Assembly: GCF_006345805.1 (NCBI RefSeq)
Contig: NC_043019.1
Location: 9,547,360-9,611,359, forward strand
Length of the DNA stretch: 64,000 nt
Direction: 5' to 3'
From: Octopus sinensis
Taxonomy: Eukaryota
Shown piece after piece: positions 13,790 through 25,378 of the stretch. The stretch's first letter is position 1. Each line of letters opens with the position of its first letter. The notes under the pieces are model-generated. The model saw only the letters and a list, made by a program, of their open reading frames with translations. It ran no database searches and had not been told where the DNA came from. The position numbers were made by a program, and so were the translations under genes.

Positions 13790-13996
13790 GTATATATAAG
13801 AATTTTTTGCGTAATAAGATAAAAAACCAAGGCTGTATAGATATTAGAGTATTTATTGATAGAAGGTCTTACAGCTGTTTCTAGGATATTTATTAATAAT
13901 ATCCCTTCATCGGAGACGGTGTTAGAGGAAAGTTAAGTCATAGTTAGTTATAGCCTTGGTTTTTTATCTTATTACGCAAAAAATTCTTATATACAC
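13790..13996. mobile_element. Small element with ~45-bp inverted termini enclosing a hammerhead motif
   Basis: 13793-13837 and 13949-13993 are reverse complements with 1 mismatch in 45. Confidence 0.85.
13866..13917 (-). ncRNA. Type-I hammerhead ribozyme-like motif (U4C core variant)
   Basis: Minus strand reads GTCT-CCGATGA-A-GGGATATT-ATTAATA-AATATCCT-A-GAAAC-AGCT-GTA-AGAC. Stem I GTCT/AGAC, 8-bp stem II, palindromic stem III ACAGCTGT, GUA cleavage triplet. Confidence 0.7.
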
Positions 13997-14454
13997 AAGC
14001 TGACATAGAACCAATGTTGAACTCCTTATTCGCAATATTACTGAATCTGGAACTTAACTATGGTCTGTCTATAGCACTTATTCAACATTACCTGACACCT
14101 TTGGATCTCAATAACACCATTATCTCTAGAAATAAGTATATATATATATGTTTTATTATCAACATTTTCATTATCATCTTCTTTCAAGTCTGTTTCAATT
14201 TCTTGCCAAATGTCTCCCCGACACCTAGGGCAGAGAAACGCACTGTATACATTGGTAGGTCATTAAAATAAATGCACCAAATTGTTCATTTACAAAGTCA
14301 TGCGATAAAGAAAAAGGGGAAGAAAAACAGAGAGAAAAAGGAAAAAATAAAAACTTAAAAAGTAAACAAAGAAAAGGAAAAGGAAATTCTCAGTGACAAT
14401 ACTTTTCTCATTACATGTGACATACCAGTTAAAAGAATCTTTTATTATTCTTAT

Positions 14455-14673
14455 TCTGAGTTCAAATTCAACCAGGGTCGACTTTGCCTTTCATCTTTTC
14501 AGGGTTGATAAATTAAGTACCAGTGAAACACTGGAGTCAATGTAATCAACTTGTCTCCTTCCCACAAATTTCAAGCCTTGTGCCTGTAGTAGAAAGGATC
14601 ATCCTCATCATCATCATCATCATCATCCTCATCATCATCATTATTATTATTGTTATTATTATTATTGTTATTA

Positions 14674-14722
<49 letters not shown>

Positions 14723-14930
14723 GGCAGCAAGCTGGTAGAATCATTACTATGGCTGGCAAAATGCGTAGCAGCATTTCATCAGTCTTTACATTCTGAATTC
14801 TGGAAAGGTCAACTTTGCCTTTCATCCTTTTGGGGTCAGTATACGATATGTACAAGCCGAGCACCAGGGTTGATGCAATTGACTATCCTCCTTCCCTGAA
14901 CCTCCTGGCTTTGTGCCAAAATTTGAAACA
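14455..14930 (+). mobile_element. Two tandem Nin/Deu-domain SINEs separated by (CAT)n(ATT)n
   Basis: Core ctttgcctttcatc-ttt-ggggt at ~14482 and ~14812. Trinucleotide tract at 14600-14720. Confidence 0.8.
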
Positions 14931-15095
14931 TCATCATCATCATCATCACCATCATTTAACATCCATTTTCCATGCTGGCATGAGTTGGACAACTTGACAG
15001 GAGCTAGCAAGCCAGAGGACTGCACTGAACTCCACTGCCTGTTTTGGTATGGTTTTTATAGCTGGATGCCCTTCCTAATGCCAACCACTTTACAG
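14930..15095 (-). mobile_element. (GAT)n-tailed retroposon 3' end
   Basis: catcatcat-catttaacatcc...gctggatgcccttcctaatgccaacc. Confidence 0.8.
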
Positions 15096-15681
15096 AGTGC
15101 ATTACTGTGTGTGTGTGTGTATATACATGTGTGTGTGTATCTATCTATCTGTCTGTCAGTCTGTATGAATGTATGTATGTATGTATGCATGTGTATGTAT
15201 ATATGTATATCTATATATATGTGTATATATGTATGTAAATCCATCTGTCTTTTTGTCTGTCCATCTGACTGTTTATCTATCTATTTGTACATACATACAT
15301 ACATACATACATACATACATGCTATCCCCTGTGCTAATTATGCAGTCTCATACAGAATCAAACACTATCAAATTAGTTAGCTTCCCAGATGGTAACTATT
15401 GTCACTGAAATACCACAATCTACAGAATATTGACTAACTGATACCAAAAACCTTTCTGTCTGATCTTGTGAGGCATCCAATGAAAAAAACAAATGTTGCT
15501 AAACCAGCCACATAACCTGAACTAACCGATGAAGCCTCTATATTCTTACCAAGAAGCCATTTCAAATTTCTTTTAAATTATCTTCAATCTGACTCTAAAC
15601 ATCTAATAAAATTGATATGTCCTGCACTCACAAAACTTTAGTGTCAAGCTGAGTCAAGCTCATTTTGAATATATGTATGTG

Positions 15682-15733
<52 letters not shown>

Positions 15734-15917
15734 TATATTCTACTTTTTATAAGAATAGGGGTGACAGTGATCTTGAAGTTTCAGCCTGCTAGCCTTCATT
15801 ACAGTCTGAGGAAAGCTTACAGACCAAAATCCCAAAGTCACTGTAACTCCTCTTCTTGTCAAAATGTAATCGATATGTACACACACCAAAAAAGTATGGA
15901 AGTAGAGAGCACTTCTT

Positions 15918-16801
15918 CAGGTGCGATGAATAAACTGTTGTCTAAATTATGCAAAAATGAAAATAACACTGACGTCTCATTTTAACATATATTTACCAAA
16001 ATTACATAAAATTATCTTGAAATACTAAAGAGTAAGTGTATTTAATAAAATTGCCATTGGTTTCAACCACTGCCTTCAGACAACTTTGGAATCTCCTACA
16101 ATTCTTCTGGACAGTCTCCTTGTTTACATTGGTGAATGCTGCCATAATTCTTTCCTTCAGTTCATCTTTTGGTGTTATGAGGAATTTTGTTGGTCTCTTG
16201 CTCAACTGTGCCCCACGCATAATAATTAAGAGGGTTGCTGTCTAGGGAGTTGGTGACGAGATATTAGGGAAGATGTGGTCACAGAAATGGTCTGACAGCC
16301 ATGACTGGGTTCCCCTGCTGGTGTAGCATGGTGCAGAGTCCTGTTGCAAGACATAGGGTGTTCCAGCAGCCACCCTCTTGACATATGGCAGCACTATCTC
16401 CTCCAGGCACTTGATGTAGACCCCTGTGTTGAGTCTGAGGTTGCGTGGGAAGAGGAATAGAGGCATAATGTCGCCATCACTAGTGATCACTCCAAACACC
16501 ATGATGTTGACTGGATGTTTGATTTTTATCTCTCTTGGTACATGTTTTGGGGACACAGCAAGCCAGCAGTTGTTATGTGTTCACCATTTGTTCATACTGG
16601 AGCTTCTGACACAAATGCCAAGCAGTACAACATATTGTCTCCAAATTTCTGGCAGAGTGAATTGCGTCATGGTGCTGTTTTTATCCAAGACAGTACCCAA
16701 CTGACCCTACTATACTGTGTAGTCTACAAAATCAAAAACAAGCAATGTGCATATGCGAAATCAAAAATATAAAACAGTGGCAATTTACCCATCGTACCCT
16801 G
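15918..16801 (-). mobile_element. Internally deleted Tc1/mariner transposon, maT (DD37D)-like, transposase pseudogene
   Basis: ORFs 16242-16556 (IMVFGVITSDG...QQDSAPCYTS) and 16002-16220 (KDELKERIMAAF...CRRFQSCLKAVVETNG). There are 37 residues from QQD to the NPL(D>N)YY position after correcting one frameshift. Degenerate TIRs caggtgcgatgaataaactg (15918) and cagggtacgatgggtaaattg (16801, minus), the latter flanked by TA. Confidence 0.85.
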
Positions 16802-16843
<42 letters not shown>

Positions 16844-16970
16844 TATATACATTCACATGTATGCATTGCTGTATACACCTTGAGTTATTCTTTAATCAGC
16901 ACACACAAAGCACTTGAAAACTGCTGAAAACTCATGGATACCTAAGGTTACAGGTATTAATTTGCTATCC

Positions 16971-17061
16971 ATATAAATCCTTCAGGAATACGACCAAATC
17001 TGAACTAAACCAAAATAATAATAATAATAATAATAATGATTTCTTTATTTAAGTAAAGAAA

Positions 17062-17105
<44 letters not shown>

Positions 17106-17218
17106 TATATAAACAAAGAAATTATTATTATTATTATCTATTTAAATAAAGAAATCTTTATTACTATTATTATTTTGGTTTAGCTACGATTTGGTCTTAT
17201 TCCTGGTTGGATTTATAT
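16971..17218. repeat. Foldback/MITE-like inverted repeat with (AAT)n/(ATT)n interior
   Basis: 16971-17052 and 17142-17218 are reverse complements over ~75 bp (atataaatcc..aggaata.gaccaaatc....ctaaaccaaaataataata...gatttctttatttaa). Confidence 0.8.
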
Positions 17219-17567
17219 GAGTAGCAGTTCACTACCTGTAACCTTAGCTATCCATGAGTTTTCAGCAGTCTTTCAAGAGCTTAGAACCATCCCAATAATC
17301 CTTGCTGTCCCTAAGAGACAACTTTTCTGTAGGAGCTCCACTGGGCATTCTATTCGAATCTCCTTCAGCCATTTGTCTATATCTTTGCTTACTCTTCCCA
17401 CCTTTATTGTTCATATGCTCCAAATTTTTCTATTTCAAATTTTAAGTGATTGTATTATTTTTGCTTTCCTTCCCCTTTCTTTATGATCCTGGAATCAAAC
17501 AGGCATGATGGGTTGATAAGTAAGCAACTTCACTTTAATTACTATTATTATTATCATTATTATTATT

Positions 17568-17790
17568 AAGGTGGTGAACTGGCAGAAACATTTGCATACC
17601 AGGCAAAATGCTCAGCAGCATTTTGCCAATCTTTATGTTCTGAGTTTAAATTCTGCTGAGGTCAGCTTTGCTTTTCATCCTTTTGGGATCAATAAAATAA
17701 GTACCAGTTGAGTATTGGGGGTCAATGTAATCGAATTACCCCCCTCCCACTAAATTGCTGGCCTTGAGCCAAAATCTGAAGCCATTATTA
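17568..17790 (+). mobile_element. Nin/Deu-domain SINE with head
   Basis: aaggtggtgaactggcagaa head, ctgagtttaaattctg, ctttgcttttcatccttttgggatc, aagtaccag. Confidence 0.8.
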
Positions 17791-18159
17791 ATCATCCTTT
17801 AATGTCCATTTTCCAGACTGTCATTATTATTATTATTATTATGAGATTTCAAAAAGCCTTGTGAAATACAACAACACATGGTGTTCTGGCCAAAATGATA
17901 ATTATTTTTCCATCTATCAAGTTGGTAAAAGCAAGAAGATGATTTAGTACCAGCTTGATAAATGACAAAATAAATTAATATTTTGTCCAGGAAAATCTGG
18001 GTTGCTGTATTTCTCAAGGCTATTTGTGGTATTCATTATAATATATCTTTATTCTCTTAACTGGTCGATACCACACAAAATCATACCGCACAATAATACA
18101 TATATTTTATATATATATATTATATATATATATATATATATAATATATATATATATATG

Positions 18160-18300
18160 TATAGTTGGAATTTACAGAAAAACAAAAGCCGAAGACAGGT
18201 GTATTAGTTTAATGCTTGGGAAGGTGAGAAAGTCTTTTACATTTCAAGCCAATGCTCTTCAATAGAAAGGAACATGAAGAAATAAAGAGACAGAGAATAA
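18160..18300 (-). mobile_element. Repeat ending on (TA)n with a degenerate minimal hammerhead-like motif (18234-18269)
   Basis: Same family as 33220-33440. Minus strand CTTT-CTATTGA-A-GAGC-ATTG-GCTT-GAAAT-GTA-AAAG. Confidence 0.55.
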
Positions 18301-18559
18301 AAAACTTTTGGAGTTTGCAGTCAGGTTAAGTAAAAAGTAAGCAACGTTTTAAACCATGAAGAATTTGTATTGGATTTTTGCAGTTTTGAATTTTTTTAAA
18401 CATTTTTTTAACAGTTGTCTGATAATACAGACATAGACTTGCCCAAATGCACCAATAAATTAACATTGATAATTTTTTTCACCGTTGTTACAATCATCTG
18501 AAATGGAAATGTCAAAGTGCAATATTCAAGCAATTTTGCTATTCAACAAGAATGTTATG

Positions 18560-18830
18560 TGCAATTTTCAATCTTTCTTGGGAGCAACACTCTACAAAAT
18601 AGCAACTGTGTGGCATCTGCTCAGAAATCAGAGAAAGAACACATTATGCAGGGCACTGCTGGAGAAGCATAGAAAAAATATTCAGTGATCTCCTTCTCTG
18701 GAAACCCACATATGGACATACAGATATTGCCAAACCAAGCAAAGCATTATCGATCAACTTGTAGAAAACAAGGCTATGAAGACTGCTATGGAAAAGTCAA
18801 CTCATCTGGTGTGGAAGAGTTCCATTGGCC
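18560..18830 (+). mobile_element. LINE C-terminal fragment (RTE-like clade, distinct from the main RTE family)
   Basis: Manual translation AGHCWRSIEKIFSDLLLWKPTYGHTDIAKPSK../IDQLVEN resembles the GHCWR...LLLWxPxHG...GRP..YIDQL end of RTE-like LINEs. Confidence 0.6.
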
Positions 18831-19197
18831 CTCACAAGACACTCAACAAGGCACATACACACACACACACATACACATACATATATACACACACAAACAC
18901 TCACACATATACCAGCACATAAATATCATATACATAAACACATACTTGAAGTGTCATTTGAAATGCCGTTGATAAGATCTAGTAATGTATCTTGTTTGAA
19001 ATAATTTGAAATAATTAGAAATTTGGTTGATGTGTGTCTGTTCTTGGTCAGTGATGTTGACTGGACAGCAGGTCTCTTTTGTGGGTGTGTGATTGATTGA
19101 TTGATTAGCACTATGCACAAAACTCTCAGGTATTGAGTCCTTTTGTAATTTTGCAGCTGATAAAAAAATGTATGTGTGTATAATATATACATACATG

Positions 19198-19228
<31 letters not shown>

Positions 19229-20055
19229 CATTATTATCATCTTTCATCAAACAATGAGGAAAAAATTGAATTTCAACTTTTTTTTTTCCAAATGGTTAAT
19301 TACATTTATCATTGGAAGCTTTCTAAAGAAAATGCATCAACAACCACTGCCACCATATCACTTGTGCATAATTCAGAATATAACAACATTATGATGCCGT
19401 TGTCATATTAAGTTAATATGCAGGTAAAATTGCAGAAATTCTTTGTAGGCTGAAAAAGTAAAATTGTAATTGTTTCATTTCATTTGTATTTGAAGTTTTT
19501 AAGTTTTTCAACCAATAATTGTTACCAACTGGGAAAAAATGATTATAACAATTCAACTCATTTCTGGTTGTCTCTCTTTCCTTCTTGATCATTTTCCCTC
19601 TTTCTCTCATCCCCACATCTTTCTCGCTTTCTCATCCTCCACCTCTATCTCTTTTTTCCACTCTTCCGCTCTCTCTCTCTCTCTCTCTCTCTTTTTATTT
19701 CTGCATTTCTCTGTTTGCTGTTTCTGTCTCTCACACTTATCCCATACAATTCTCTCTCTCATACCCTCTCTCTCTCTCTCTTTCTCGCATTCCCTTTCTC
19801 TATCTCTTTCTTGCATTCCCTTTCTATCCCTCTATCTACTTCACTTTTTGACACACATGTTAATATGTTTTTTTAATCTAAAAAATCAAATTAAATTTTT
19901 ATATTAGATTATTTTAGATTTAATTAGACTGAACTAGAATAAATATAAAAAAGAAAAAATAAATGAATAAATAATGTTAATAATTACAGACGCACACAAG
20001 AGCACCAGCAACATCACAATCATTATCACCTGTTTTTGGTACACATATATTAATC

Positions 20056-20088
<33 letters not shown>

Positions 20089-20400
20089 GTGCATGGTGAT
20101 GTGTATAAATTATTTTGATGGTATTTGTCCACACTGGAGCAGAGCCCATCCTTGAAAGCTACAGATGTTGAGATTGGCTCCAGAATGTTTCTGGGACAAT
20201 CTCCAACACCGTAACAACTATCAAAAGAAATCTCTGTCATCTTAACAATCATCATCGTCATCAGTTTTTTCAGTTGCTAATGAAATACTGGTAATAAATT
20301 CCAGTTGATTTAGTGGACATAAATACCTCTCCTGGTAATAATTTAATTGTGTGTGTGTGGGTGGGTGGGAAGTGTATTTTGGGCAGTCTTGTGGTCAATT

Positions 20401-20476
20401 AGTATGCAGCTATGGGGTCACAGTATGCAGCTATGGGGTCACAGTATGCAGCTATGGGGTCACAGTATGCAGCTAT
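20401..20476. repeat. Perfect 21-bp minisatellite, 3.6 copies
   Basis: agtatgcagctatggggtcac starting at 20401, 20422, 20443 and (partial) 20464. Confidence 0.95.
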
Positions 20477-20789
20477 TTCTTCAGTCAAGACAAAATGGGT
20501 AAAAAGACAAACCTCATCATTCTGAAAGCCAAAAGGTGCATAAGCAATAATAAAAATGCTCATTTTAATTTACAATGTCTATTTTGGATGCACTTCCTAA
20601 TGCCAACCACTTCACAGAATGTGCTGGATGTCTTTTTTATGACACCAGCACTGGTAAGAGCACCAAGTACCCATATGACAAGAGCCTCTCAGCTGAGTGG
20701 GGTATAGTGCTGAGGGATATGAAAGTCTGATAGAGGGGCAGGACAGCATCCCTGTACGTAGCTTCAACGACGTTCATTAGCTATCCCTC

Positions 20790-21070
20790 TTCTAGACTCT
20801 GTAGGAACGACCAAATGAGGGAGAAAGGCACCATATGAAAGGCTTTCTCCCGGTCAATGAATGCCAAATACTTCTAATACTTTCTAAATACTTCTGCAGT
20901 TTCTGTGCTATAAACAGATCATCAGTAGTACTTCTTTTCAGCATAAAACCAAACTGCATCTCATCTAGAGTAACTGTCTTCCTAATTAACTGAACTACAA
21001 CTCTTTCAATAACTTCTATAACTTGCCCAGTAATTTGATACCCCTGTAATTACTTCTTCCTTAAGGCATC
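20790..21070 (-). mobile_element. RTE reverse transcriptase fragment
   Basis: Minus strand ...VIERVVVQLIRKTVTLDEMQFGFMLKRSTTDDLFI. Confidence 0.8.
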
Positions 21071-21214
21071 TTGTTTACCGCCATGATAATAATAATAATA
21101 ATAACAATAATGATAAAGTACCCTTGCTACTCTTGGCCTCCAGAGGATGCCCGGTATTAAGGTAGCTGAAATAAAGATATAATGGAAGGAAACCATAATA
21201 ATGATGATGATGGT

Positions 21215-21420
21215 GGATTCAAATTTTGGCACAAAACCAGCAATTTTAGTGGGGAGGGGCAAGTCAATTACATCAACCTCCAATACTTGGCCAGTACTTT
21301 ATTTAGTTGTCCCCAAAAGGATGAAAGGTAAAGCAGACATTGGTGAGATTTGAACTCAGAAGATAATAACCAGAAGAAATACTGCTAAACATTTTATCTG
21401 ATGTGCTAATGCTTCTGCCA
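21215..21420 (-). mobile_element. Nin/Deu-domain SINE
   Basis: aaaggatgaaaggtaaagc...gatttgaactcaga is the reverse complement of the family B core. Confidence 0.75.
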
Positions 21421-22243
21421 CTCCCCACCCCCCAACAATAACAACAATAAAAATAATAATAATAAGTGAGGAAAAATGCGACAGGATACTTATAAATCAC
21501 TGAACAAAGATGCATTTCCACCAATTCCTAAGAAACATATGCTTGCGCACACATGTACATATACACACACACATACATGCACTAATGTTCAGAGGCATAC
21601 ACACACATACCCTTGCTTACACTCAGTTATGTACATGAGGAGGGTAAAGGGGACTGCTTTTACATATGAGCAAACATACACATACACACCCATACTTATA
21701 CTTGCATGCTTATATGCAATGGTACGCAAGTGCACTCGTAAAGGTACACACACACACACACACACACAGATTTGCACTCATCTACTTCACACGTGTGTAT
21801 GTGTACCTATATGTATATATATGTGTATGTATGTGCTTATATATATGTGTGTGTGTATGTGTGTTCATGTATGTGTATTTGTGTATGTATATATGGGGAT
21901 GAAGGTAATAGAGAGTGAAAGAGAACTAGTGTGTATGTGTGTGAGTGTGTGATGGGTAAGAGAGCACTGGCAAAGAAAGAGAGAGAGAGAGAGGGTGTAG
22001 TAGATAGCTTCATAATAGTTGTCAGTGAGGGTATTGAAAAGAAATGTGACTGAGAATGTATATAAATATATACAGCATACATATTCCTATCTATGTGTTT
22101 ATGTATATTGTCTATGTGAAGTCACTCGAAATTGTGTATCTACATATATATGCCCATGTATACATACTGTAAATTTTTTTTCTGTTTTTAAAATTATCAT
22201 CTTTTTTGATTATCTAAAAACATTGATACCAAATAATACTTAT

Positions 22244-22277
22244 GTTCTTTTTCCTCTTCTTTTATTTGCAGGTAAGT
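22244..22277 (+). promoter_or_regulatory. Strong 3' splice site directly followed by a consensus 5' splice site (candidate recursive splice site or micro-exon)
   Basis: gttctttttcctcttcttttatttgCAG|GTAAGT (AG 22270-22271). Alternative donors ACA|GTATGT at 22313 and TAG|GTAAAT at 22321. Confidence 0.4.
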
Positions 22278-22959
22278 TTATCAACAAGAACATATTCCTG
22301 TCATTTAAAACAGTATGTAGGTAAATTTGTTATATTTTCAATGTACTTTTCTGTTCCTTTGTGGCAGTTAACACCTCTTTCAGACAATGTCTTATATTAC
22401 TATAAAAAAAAGGAATTGAATTTAATATGCATTGAAGGAAGACTTGAAAGAGAATCAATGGATATTATTGCCAGAAATATTACAAGAGAAACCAAAAACC
22501 TAGTCTGCAATGATGTAATAGAGCAATGATGAAATAAAATATTTTGAGGAATAAATGTAACCATAACCCTCAACCAGTCATTGGAAAAACCACTGAATGT
22601 TTCGTCTTCAAATGTGTATTAATGGAAAATATCTCTTATATGGTTTACCAATGGACTATATCATATATATTAATGAATGTGGCCTAATAAAAGGAATGCA
22701 TTTCTCAAGGGCAGCTGTTGCTTACATCATGTGGTCAAGTACTTATTTCCCCACTACAAGATAAACAAAGGCAATTAACCTGAACATTTCATTCATTCAC
22801 TTATCTCAGCTTCACAATCGTTTCAATATAAGGTAATAATTGATGTTCACTTAATATTAGGATTTTATGTTAATTTTATTTCATAAAGATATAATTCTCT
22901 ATTCCTCTTCAAGTTTTGTTCTGTCACAAACTAAGGCTGCAATTACACTTGGTCTTTTG

Positions 22960-23687
22960 GAACAACCTCCACCACTGCTAATTTGGTCACTTAAGTAGCA
23001 GAAACTGTCTTCTACTTCTAAGGATGCCACAAGACATTTGAGGGGTCTAGTTTCTGTACATTTCTGGTGTTTAACAGACCTGCACATCTGCCACATGTAA
23101 AGACTACTTTCTCTGTTAATCTTCCAGTGATACCACTACACCATTTATGTGTCCATAGCCTTCACTGGATACACTGTATGGAGTTTCTACCAACATCTTT
23201 TCTACATATTGAGCAGAGCCATCTCCTTGAAGGGGTCTGTGATTTTGTCTGTTTTCCTACTTATTAGAATTTTGATCTTTGCTAAATTGACTTTAAAGCT
23301 CTTTGATTCCAGACCTTGCTTCCATACCTGGTGGATTCCTAATTGAACACCATATTGCTTGCTATACTTATTGGCAACTTTCACCTAATTGATGGTGTCC
23401 CTGTACATGGGTTTTACAGGCTTCATCAATTAGCCATCTATCCCTAACTTCCGTATTGCTCACCTGATAAGGGGGTCCCTGTCAAAGGCTTTCTCCATGT
23501 CAACTAAAGCTAAATGCAGAGGTTTATTTTTGGCCAAGTACTTCTCTTGCAGTTTCCACACCAGTAAGACAGCATTGGTAGTGATTCTTCTTAGCATGAA
23601 ACCAAACTGCATCTCATCACTGCTTCTTCACTTTCTAATTAATTGAGCTATGATCCTTTCTGTAATTTTTATCACCTGGTCTAGCAA

Positions 23688-23690
<3 letters not shown>
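22960..23690 (-). mobile_element. RTE reverse transcriptase fragment
   Basis: Minus strand DEMQFGFM...KLQEKYLAKNKPLHLALVDMEKAFDR...VNLAKIKILISRK, with stops and frameshifts. Confidence 0.85.
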
Positions 23691-23719
<29 letters not shown>

Positions 23720-24130
23720 TGGGTAGAAAAAATATGTTGAAAATGCACTGGGAATCTTTTAGATGGTTTATTTTTACAGGCTTAACTGGTTTCACAGATT
23801 TTTCTGATTATCAAAAGTTAAAAGAAATAGAAAGATATGGGGCTATACTACAACAGTCTTGCTTCTGACTGGAGCTGGAAAATTCTCTTGCGATCTCTTT
23901 ATCTCTTCCAGTCACTTCAGTATATTGTAGCAATTTTATAGACGCACATATGTTCTTCTGTTTCACCATTTACTTTTCCTTGTCTATTCTTTCATAAGAA
24001 GAGCATATGTTCAAAGTGTGAGGGACACTTCCTTCTAATTTTTCCTAATTCCTGAGGGTAAATCTAATATGCTGTTGTTTTTTAGCTTGTCTTCATCTTA
24101 TCTATATTTTTTGCACCACACACACACACT

Positions 24131-24241
24131 ATATTAAGGGCATTACTACACATAAATGCCTCACGCTATAAGGGACTCTTAAAGTCAAAACTGAAGTCCC
24201 TTATAACATGAGGCATTCACTTGTAGTAATACCCTTAATAT
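24131..24241. mobile_element. Palindromic MITE (47-bp arms, TA-flanked)
   Basis: 24131-24177 vs the reverse complement of 24195-24241: 41/47 identical. TA at both ends. Partial second copy at 44258-44685. Confidence 0.85.
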
Positions 24242-24826
24242 AATTAATGTATTTAAAAGGGAATAAATTAATTATATATTTTGTATAAATTTTTCCCTTA
24301 ACTGGTTTTTCACACTAACTACTTGATAAATTCTGATATAGATTTTATCCTTGTATTTGATTATAGGCTAGAACTCTCCTTGGGAAAGGTTTGGGGTGAG
24401 CCAATCATATACTCAATCTCTCCGGATCACCCAACTGATTACAGCAGTTGCTTTTTTCATTAAGATGTGGCAGGTTCATGTTTTCCTAGGATATGCGGGT
24501 TTGTTTTTTAGGTGGTCTGGTGATATCCTGATGTTTAGTAGAAGAATATGAGTAGTTATTCCCTGTCAGGACCATCAACATGGTGTTCATGTTTTCACTT
24601 CCTATTTTTCTGCACATACTGCCCATGCATGCATGGAAGATGGACGTTTAAACAATGATGATGATGATGATGATGATGGTCCTGTGGATCTCATTTCTAA
24701 TGTAGACCATCTTAACTCTGATGGTTAGGGATGAATTATAATGTCCCAGTAGACCCCTGCATGTTGCTTTTCTGTAAAAGTTAGACAGATTTTCATGACA
24801 TTTATAAGGAAAAAGATATAGATAGA

Positions 24827-24873
24827 GTCTTGCAGCTGTTTCAGGATATTATAGATATCCTGTCATCAGAGAC
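24827..24873 (-). ncRNA. Type-I hammerhead-like motif with a mutated cleavage triplet (GCA)
   Basis: Minus strand GTCT-CTGATGA-C-AGGATAT-CTATA-ATATCCT-GAAAC-AGCT-GCA-AGAC. Same family as 13866-13917. Confidence 0.65.
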
Positions 24874-24937
24874 AATGTGAAATGGCTAAATAGAGGTAAG
24901 TGTTTGAGTTCGAAATGAAGAACTATATATATGTGTT

Positions 24938-25200
24938 CATCATCATCATCATTTAATGTCTGCCTTCTATGCTGGCATGGGTTGGAACAGTTTGCCACAT
25001 TAAATGCACTGGTGCTAGTGCCACATAAAAAATATCCAGTACACTCTGTGGTATGGTTGATATTAGGAAGCACATCCAGCTGTAGAAACAATGCCAGAAC
25101 AGACAATGGGGCCTGGTGTGGCCCCTGGCCATGCCAGTTCTGGTCAAATTGCCCAACCCATGTTAGCATGGAAAACAGATGCTAAAGGGTGATGGTGATG
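24938..25200. mobile_element. Two (GAT)n-tailed retroposon ends fused in inverted orientation
   Basis: (CAT)n-tttaatgtctgcc...gggttggaac at the left. gaagcacatccagctgtagaaac...cccaacccatgttagcatggaaa-(GAT)n at the right. Confidence 0.75.
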
Positions 25201-25210
25201 ATATATATAA

Positions 25211-25241
<31 letters not shown>

Positions 25242-25347
25242 CATACATGCATGTATGACATCATCATTATAATCTTCACTTTTCCATGCTTGCATTATAG
25301 TGACACATTTTTCACTATCATGTGATATCAAGGCAGGGGACAGTAAA

Positions 25348-25378
<31 letters not shown>

